A stretch of DNA of 64,000 nt from a bacterium (GTDB taxonomy: Bacteria > Desulfobacterota > Binatia > UBA12015), in NCBI GenBank assembly GCA_030430245.1, contig JAUIFY010000002.1:2659-66658 (forward strand), written 5' to 3'. The position numbers and the translations under genes are program-made. Shown here in pieces: positions 58,397-64,000 of this stretch (position 1 is its first letter; each line of letters starts with the position of its first letter). Under the pieces are notes generated by a model, which made no database searches, was not told where the DNA came from, and saw only the letters and a list, made by a program, of their open reading frames with translations.

Positions 58397-60004
58397 ATGG
58401 TTCTCGGATTCCCCCGAGAAGTTCATTGGCTCACCGCAGGTGCCGCAGCGTCGGCATTCCTCGCAATGGTGAGCCCCACGGAAGCACAGCTCACAGACTC
58501 GACCCAGACCGTTCCGAACATCCCCGGCAGCCACATCGAGAAGTCTCTCGATGAACAGGTGGGCGCCGGGCACGGTGACGCATTCACCCCCGGCTCCGCC
58601 GTCTATCTGATCAAGCGCGATCCCGCGCGCTCGATCCGGCGCGGCCGCCAGATCTTCCAGAGGAAGTTCACCGCGAGCCAGGGCGTCGGCCCGCGCGTCG
58701 ATATGGACTCGTCGGGCGACATCCGGGAGAACCGCGCGCTCGGCGCCGGCCTCTCCGACTCGTGCGCCGGATGCCACGGCCGCCCGCGGGGCGCCGCCGG
58801 CTTCGGCGGCGACGTGGTCACGCGACCGGACAGCCGCGACGCGCCCCACCTGTTCGGCCTCGGCCTGCAGGAGATGATCGCGGACGAGATGACCGTCGAG
58901 CTGCGCGCGACGCGCGCGGCGGCGCTGGCCGCGGCCGAGCGCGCGGGCGCGCCGGTCGAGCGAAGGCTCGTCGCGAAGGGCGTCGACTTCGGTTCGATCA
59001 CCGCGCGGCCGGACGGCTCCCTCGACACGTCGCGGGTCGAAGGCGTGGACGACGACCTGCGGGTGAAGCCGTTCTTCCACCACGGCGGCACGATCTCGAT
59101 GCGCGAGTTCATCATCGGCGCCTTCAAGGCCGAGATGGGCCTCGAGGCCGCCGACGAGATCCTCTGCGCCGTGACCGACCCCGACGCTCCCCAGTCCCGC
59201 ACCTCCCCCGCCGGCATGACCTTCGATCCCATGCTCGACACCTTCGAGCGTCCTGCGGTGTGCGACACCACCGCCGACGGCGACGCAGACGGGATCACCA
59301 ACGAGATCGACATGGCCGTGGTCGACCACCTCGAGTTCTACTTCCTGAACTACTTCAAGCCCGGCCAGCACAAGGTCTCGAAGGGCGCCAAGCGCGGCCT
59401 CGAGACGATGAAGAAGATCGGCTGCACGAGCTGCCACGTGCCGGACATGCGCATCGAGACCGATCGCCGCGTGGCCGACGTGACGACCGAGTACGACTCG
59501 AAGCGCGGCATCTTCAACCGCCTCTTTGCCGAGGCCGAGACCCTGTTCGAGGCCCATCCCGACTCCGAGCCGTATCCGCAGCTCCTCCCGGCCGGCGGCG
59601 GGTTCGTCGTGCGCAACATCTTCACCGACTTCAAGCGCCACGACCTCGGCCCCGCGTTCCACGAGCGCGAGTACGACGGGACGTACCAGACGGAGTTCCT
59701 GACCGAGGCGCTGTGGGGCGTCGGCACGACCGCGCCCTACGGCCACGACGGCCGGAGCATCAGCCTCGAGGAGGTGATCCTCCGGCACGGCGGCGAGGCG
59801 AAGAAGTCCCGCGACCGCTTCGCGAAGCTCCGCGGCTCGGACCGCCGGAACGTGCTCGAGTTCCTCCAGACGCTCGTCCTGTTCCCACCGGACGACACCG
59901 CCTCGAACCTGAACCCCGGCGTGCCGGGCGGCGACCCGCAGACGCAGCACGGGAGCATCCACCTGGGAGCGCTGTTCCAGATCGCCGAGGAGGGCGGCGA
60001 GTGA
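58397..60004 (+). CDS. Di-haem oxidoreductase / putative peroxidase (DUF1111 family)
   Basis: AGGAGGA lies upstream of the ATG. Has a signal peptide and CxxCH motifs at 58763-58777 (CAGCH) and 59423-59437 (CTSCH). Also contains FFHHGG, APYGHDGRS and LEFLQTL. Confidence 0.8.
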   Translation: MVLGFPREVHWLTAGAAASAFLAMVSPTEAQLTDSTQTVPNIPGSHIEKSLDEQVGAGHGDAFTPGSAVYLIKRDPARSIRRGRQIFQRKFTASQGVGPRVDMDSSGDIRENRALGAGLSDSCAGCHGRPRGAAGFGGDVVTRPDSRDAPHLFGLGLQEMIADEMTVELRATRAAALAAAERAGAPVERRLVAKGVDFGSITARPDGSLDTSRVEGVDDDLRVKPFFHHGGTISMREFIIGAFKAEMGLEAADEILCAVTDPDAPQSRTSPAGMTFDPMLDTFERPAVCDTTADGDADGITNEIDMAVVDHLEFYFLNYFKPGQHKVSKGAKRGLETMKKIGCTSCHVPDMRIETDRRVADVTTEYDSKRGIFNRLFAEAETLFEAHPDSEPYPQLLPAGGGFVVRNIFTDFKRHDLGPAFHEREYDGTYQTEFLTEALWGVGTTAPYGHDGRSISLEEVILRHGGEAKKSRDRFAKLRGSDRRNVLEFLQTLVLFPPDDTASNLNPGVPGGDPQTQHGSIHLGALFQIAEEGGE

Positions 60005-60134
60005 GCGAGGCCGGCCCGTAGACCCCGCGGCTCCGCCCACGGACGGGCGGAGCCGCCTCGCCGGCGCGGCCCCCTTCACCTCCCACCGCCCAAACCCGGT
60101 CGCTCGGACGTCGAGCCGGGGGTAGACTCGACGC

Positions 60135-60368
60135 GTGCCCCTCCCCGATCTCCTCCGTGTCGCGCTGGCCGGGCTCCTGCTCCTCGTGGCGAGTTGCGGC
60201 GGCAATGGCGACGACTGCGACGGCTTCGTCACGATCAACGCGCCGGTCGAGGAGTGCAACGCGCGCGCCGAGAGGCTCGGTTGCGACACCGTCGAGGTGG
60301 ACGGGCCCCGGTGCGGGCTCTTCGGGTGCGTGCGCTGCACGGGCGACGAGGGCGACGCCGAGCCGTAG
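60135..60368 (+). CDS. Small cysteine-rich lipoprotein
   Basis: 77 aa with a GTG start and the lipobox LLLVASC. The mature part has seven further Cys residues. GC3 is very high. Confidence 0.55.
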   Translation: MPLPDLLRVALAGLLLLVASCGGNGDDCDGFVTINAPVEECNARAERLGCDTVEVDGPRCGLFGCVRCTGDEGDAEP

Positions 60369-60451
60369 CGCAGGCCTTGCGGCCGCCCACGCCACGGCGC
60401 GGGAGCGGCATCCCGCCGCGACCCTCCCGAGGATCGCGACGGGGTCGAGCC

Positions 60452-63162
60452 TCAGGATCCCTGCGGGACCCAGAGGGTCTCCGAGGGCACGCAGAGCTCG
60501 AACTCCTTCTTCGTCTCGATCCGCTGCGGGTTCGGAAGCTGCGTCAGGACGAACGGCGTCCGCGCTTCGTGGGAGCCTTGCTTCGGCTCGATGCGCGTCC
60601 CCGGCGCGACACCGACCCGTGCCGCCACGAGCGGATCCGTGATCTTCCTCGCCTCCTTCGCCAGGTAGCAGACCAGAGACGAGCTCGGCGATCCGACGGT
60701 CGCCGGCACGACGTTGCAGCTCGTCGTTCGCGTCCGCCCCGCATCATCCGTCTCCGTCGTGTCGACGTCGTACTTCTCGACCGGGTTGCAGAACAGAGCC
60801 GGCTTCTTCAAGTCGTACACCTTCGCCGTGCCGAGCACGGGATGAGGCTCGCTCTGGCAGAATCCCGTGACGCCGTCCTCGCCGCCACAGCTCCGCTCGT
60901 TCTTGCAGATCTCGCCCGCCTTCTTCGGCGCGCCCGCTGCGCAGAGCCGGATGCGACCGTTCGCGAACTGGTCCTCCACGAGGACCTGGAGATCCTTCCG
61001 GAACTTGCCGCCCGGCGCCTGGTCGCTCACGAGCCGCTTCGATGTCCGCGCGGCGTAGCACGCGTAGTGATCGACCGCGGAGGGGCCGAGGACCGGATTC
61101 GGCGGAGCGCCGAGCCCCTTGGGCGTCGGCAGAAGGAGATACTTCTCCTTGATCGTGTCGAGGAAGACACGGCCGAACTGGTTCTCGACGAGAAGGGCGC
61201 TGCGCCGGGCGTGCTTGGCCGTCTTCGGGAACTTCCGGTTCTCGCAGACGCCGCCGGTGCACTCGGCGTCGTCGATGCACGGCGCCCTGGGAAGCGTCGA
61301 ATCCTTCGAGCACTTTCCGGAGGGTGGCTCGACGCCTTCGCGGGCACCCTTGATGCGGTAGGCGAGCAGATGGGTCACGCCGTCGACGATGCCCTCGTCG
61401 TTCTTGTCGGCGGGCACGAGAAAACGCGCTGTGCCCGACACGGTGTAGTTCTGCGCTCCGTCGAAGAGAGCGTCGTCGAGGGTCACGTTGCAATCCTTGG
61501 GAAGCGCGTCCGCCCGGCGGTCCGCCTCGCCCGCCTGGTAGGCCAGGAAGTGGTCGAGCACGGCAGTCGTCGTCGTCGCATCGGCGCCCGGAGGCTCGGC
61601 CTCCTGGTTGCCCACGCGGTCGCGCGCCATGCTGAAGAAGGAGTACGTGCGGCCGGCGCGCCCGGTGAGGAAGGCCGACTCCTCGGGTCGACCGATGAGC
61701 CACGGACGCCAGCCGCCGCCATCCTCGGCGACCCAGACCTCGTAGTCGCGAATGCCGGAGGAGCTCGGATCCGTGCCGGTCCAGGTCACCTCGAAGCGCG
61801 ACGTCGCCTGCAGCGGACCGAGCGTCTCGACGTGACTCTCGGGCGCCGCGTTGTCGATGGTGTTGACCCAGTCGGCCGTCTCGATCGGCGCGTTGTCGTC
61901 GAAGACGATGTCCGCGGTGCGGCCCGTGCCGATCGCGGTCTCGGAGGCGAGCCCGGCAAGCGGCGTCACCGAGTAGGACACCGTGCCCTGCCCCTCGGGC
62001 GGAACGTCGTTGGGCGGAAGGAAGCCGTCGAAGACGGGAAGCTCCCACGTCGCCGGGTCGATCGACTCGAACACCCAGGTGACGACGCCCCCCGACACGT
62101 CGAGATTCGCACGGATCCGCAGCAACAGATCGCGATCGGGTCGCAGATCGAGCAGCACCTCGTGGTCGGTCGCACCGAGCGGCACCGCGACCTCCGTGTC
62201 TCCGAAGGAGATCGGCCCGAGAGAGAGCGAGGAGAGGTCGAGGTTCGCCACGTCGAGCCGGTCTTCGATGGTGACGACCTGCGCCGGCGCCGATCCGACG
62301 TTCTCGAAGGACACCTCGTAGGTGAGCGGCCCCTTGCCGGAGACGTAGCGCTCGGTCCCGACCCCGACCGACCCGATCTTCTCGTTCGGATCGAGGCTCG
62401 CGCGCGCGCCGACGTCGAGGGACTCCTCGTGCGCGGGAGCGGCGTGATCGTCCTGGGCATTCAACGGGTCTTGGGACGCACCGCCGCCACCTCCTCCGCC
62501 ACCCTCGTCGCAGCGCTCCTTCTGCGGGTCGCACTCCTCGGGGGGATCCGGATAGGTCTCGTCCTCGTCCCAGTAGTAGGGAGCGTTCTCGACCGTGTCG
62601 GTCGTCGTGAACACGCCACCGTGGGGTTCTCCCAATCGTCCCAGTTGCGCAGGAGATACTTGCCGGTCACGTCCGAGATGTAGTTGGTCTGCTCGATCAC
62701 CACGCCGCGGTGAATCGTGTCCTCCCACGTCTCCCCGGGACCCGGCGTCGGGTAGATCACGACGCCGAAGTGGCCGGCATCGAGCCACGGCGGCTCGCTG
62801 TCGATGTGGACCGGCCCGTAGCTCATACCCTCGAGAAGCTCGGGGCTCTCCTTCCGCAACTTGTTGAGCTGCGCGAGCATGCCCGCGAACGGCCCCCCGT
62901 CCACGCTTCCCTCGACGGCGCTCTGGCACGTCTCGCCCTTGCCGATCGGCACGATCGCGTTGAAGACCTCGGTGAAGTCGCTCGTGTAGTAGAGCGCGGG
63001 CATCTCTCGGAAGATCCCCGGGCCCCGGTAGTACTCGTCCCATTCCTTGTTGGTCTGGGGGTCCTCGGGCGAGGCAACGACCGGCGCCGGCGCCGCGACC
63101 AGAGAGAGGGTGGCGGCGCACGCGAGCGCGAAGACGGTTCGGCGGCTGTTCGATGACGTCAT
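60452..63162 (-). pseudogene. Giant secreted protein interrupted by a 1-nt frameshift near 62623-62626 (pseudogene or assembly indel)
   Basis: The N-terminal 179 aa are in the frame of track ORF 62461..63909 (GGAGAG upstream of ATG 63162; signal MTSSNSRRTVFALACAATLSLVAAPAPVVA). The remainder is in the frame of ORF 60452..63349. The span of 2711 nt is not a multiple of 3. Restoring one C in the CCCC run gives ...NWDDWENPHGGVFTTTD... Confidence 0.8.
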
Positions 63163-63182
63163 GATGGCTCTCCGCACGAGGG

Positions 63183-64000
63183 TCACGGTCCCTGCACCAG
63201 GACCGCGCGAATCTGGAAGTCGGTTTCGGCGGGCGCCTCGACCTCGAGCGTGGCGCGTCGCTCCACGCCGGGAGACAGAGCGATGCTCGGCAACACGATG
63301 GCCGGTCCTTCGGTCGTCTCCGTTCTCTGGGCATTCGGCGTGATCCCACCGAACGGCGCCGGCGGCACGCTCACGCGCCACACGAACTCTTCGGGGACGC
63401 CATACACGATGAGAACCGCGGTCGCGTCGACGTTCCCCTCGTTGCGCATCGTCAGCCGGTAGAGCGTCGGCCGTCCGATCCGGATCAGTGCCGGCCCCGC
63501 GAGGGAGAGGGACACCTCGGGCGGAACTCCCGCCGCGATCACGAATCCGCCCGGCACGACCGCCGGGCTTCCCGGCGCGCTCGGATTGGTCACGACGACG
63601 TCCCAGCCGCCCACCGCGCGATCGCGAAGGTCGAAGGTCGCCGTGAGGGTCGCGGGCTCCGCGAAGAGCGGATTGCCGAACGCGACCTCGACCGGCGACG
63701 CGACGATCTCCTCGCCACCGCGCACGAGCTTCACGGTCGCGTCCGCGTCGACGTACCACGCCCGGAGGACCGCGGTGACCGAGCCGTCGTTCCCGCCCGT
63801 CTCCGGAACGATGTCGACGATCGACAGACTGGCGTCTTCGACCGTGAAGCCGTCGGGCAGCACGCCCACGTTGCCGGGGTCCGTCGCGTCGGTGACGACG
63901 ACGTCCCACGGGCCCAGCGCGCTTCCCGTCAGATCGAACGTCGTGGTGATCCGGTGCAAGGCCGGCTCGACGAGCACCGGAGCGCCCACGATGTCCGGCT
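63183..64000 (-). CDS. Secreted Ig-like (IPT/TIG-type) repeat protein, 5-prime partial (runs off the window)
   Basis: The frame is open to the window edge. Blocks repeat (TFDLTGSALGPWDVVVTDATDPGNVGVLPDGFTV / TFDLRDRAVGGWDVVVTNPSAPGSPAVVPGGFVI). Its stop is 20 nt upstream of the next gene start. Confidence 0.7.
   Translation of the reverse strand, partial: PDIVGAPVLVEPALHRITTTFDLTGSALGPWDVVVTDATDPGNVGVLPDGFTVEDASLSIVDIVPETGGNDGSVTAVLRAWYVDADATVKLVRGGEEIVASPVEVAFGNPLFAEPATLTATFDLRDRAVGGWDVVVTNPSAPGSPAVVPGGFVIAAGVPPEVSLSLAGPALIRIGRPTLYRLTMRNEGNVDATAVLIVYGVPEEFVWRVSVPPAPFGGITPNAQRTETTEGPAIVLPSIALSPGVERRATLEVEAPAETDFQIRAVLVQGP

Noticed and set aside
62611-62640. Programmed -1 ribosomal frameshift at the junction of the two frames.
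   Set aside because: There is no X-XXY-YYZ slippery heptamer; only a CCCC run is present. I saw no obvious downstream pseudoknot or strong hairpin. An indel in a homopolymer is the simpler explanation, so it is reported as a frameshift or pseudogene finding.
1-64000. Mobile elements, prophage, defence islands, rRNA or tRNA genes.
   Set aside because: I recognised no transposase, integrase, recombinase, reverse transcriptase, nuclease/ATPase defence pairs or terminal inverted repeats. I saw no conserved tRNA T-arm/acceptor patterns in the few intergenic gaps longer than 150 nt. Apart from the two short AT-rich promoter islands, there is no compositional break suggesting foreign DNA.

Overview
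This is a bacterial chromosomal segment of roughly 70% G+C (judged by eye). It is densely coding, with about 50 genes. I found no rRNA, tRNA, CRISPR array, transposase, integrase or phage genes. Because of the G+C bias, most long ORFs in the six-frame track are antisense or off-frame shadows. I kept only frames whose translation shows family motifs I recognise, signal peptides or lipoboxes, a Shine-Dalgarno sequence or start/stop coupling, and strong third-position G/C bias. All functions come from motif recognition from memory, not database searches, and start codons may be off by a few codons.

Layout:
(1) 0-8.2 kb: housekeeping and regulatory genes. These are a DUF4345-like membrane protein, Hsp33, a D-aminoacylase-family amidohydrolase, a serine hydrolase, a soluble triple-PAS histidine kinase convergent with a FixJ/LuxR response regulator, a crotonase and a SAT-like acetyltransferase.
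(2) 8.6-24.0 kb: a same-strand block of exported proteins. Two giants carry tandem disintegrin-like cysteine arrays (13 and 15 units). A small stand-alone paralogue of their shared C-terminal module follows the first. Then come an FG-GAP/CRTAC1(ASPIC)-type protein ending in a thioredoxin-like domain, a lipoprotein, and a beta-propeller protein with two CxxCH haem motifs.
(3) 24-29.3 kb: a sulfatase-fold lipoprotein coupled to a TPR protein, a Tat-signal MsrB, an NMO/FabK-family enzyme and an LLM oxidoreductase.
(4) 29.3-40.2 kb: a nine-gene, start/stop-overlapped, type-II-FAS-like operon. Its order is FabI-type enoyl reductase, KAS III, FabA, FabZ-like, KAS I/II, ACP, PlsC-type acyltransferase, PPTase and a 1659-aa single-chain BC-BCCP-CT carboxylase. 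A divergent TetR gene and an AT-rich operator island sit upstream.
(5) 40.4-60.4 kb: an ethanolamine-type permease, a TetR-MFP-RND efflux operon, a CoA-transferase, another TetR, a GST, a beta-lactamase-fold hydrolase, a di-iron oxygenase, a Sec-signal RTX-repeat protein, a carboxyltransferase, a zinc-ribbon metallopeptidase, a LolA-like protein, a DUF1111 di-haem protein and a small Cys-rich lipoprotein.
(6) 60.4-64.0 kb: a giant secreted protein interrupted by a 1-nt frameshift, and a partial Ig-like-repeat protein.

Best candidates for something new:
- An in-frame TGA followed by a SECIS-like GGUC hairpin splits the CRTAC1/thioredoxin gene (18424-18453). This could be an undescribed selenoprotein, or a pseudogene.
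- The disintegrin-array, FG-GAP, thioredoxin and di-haem block may form a single extracellular system.
- The self-contained FAS-like lipid operon has its own carboxylase, ACP, PPTase and acyltransferase.
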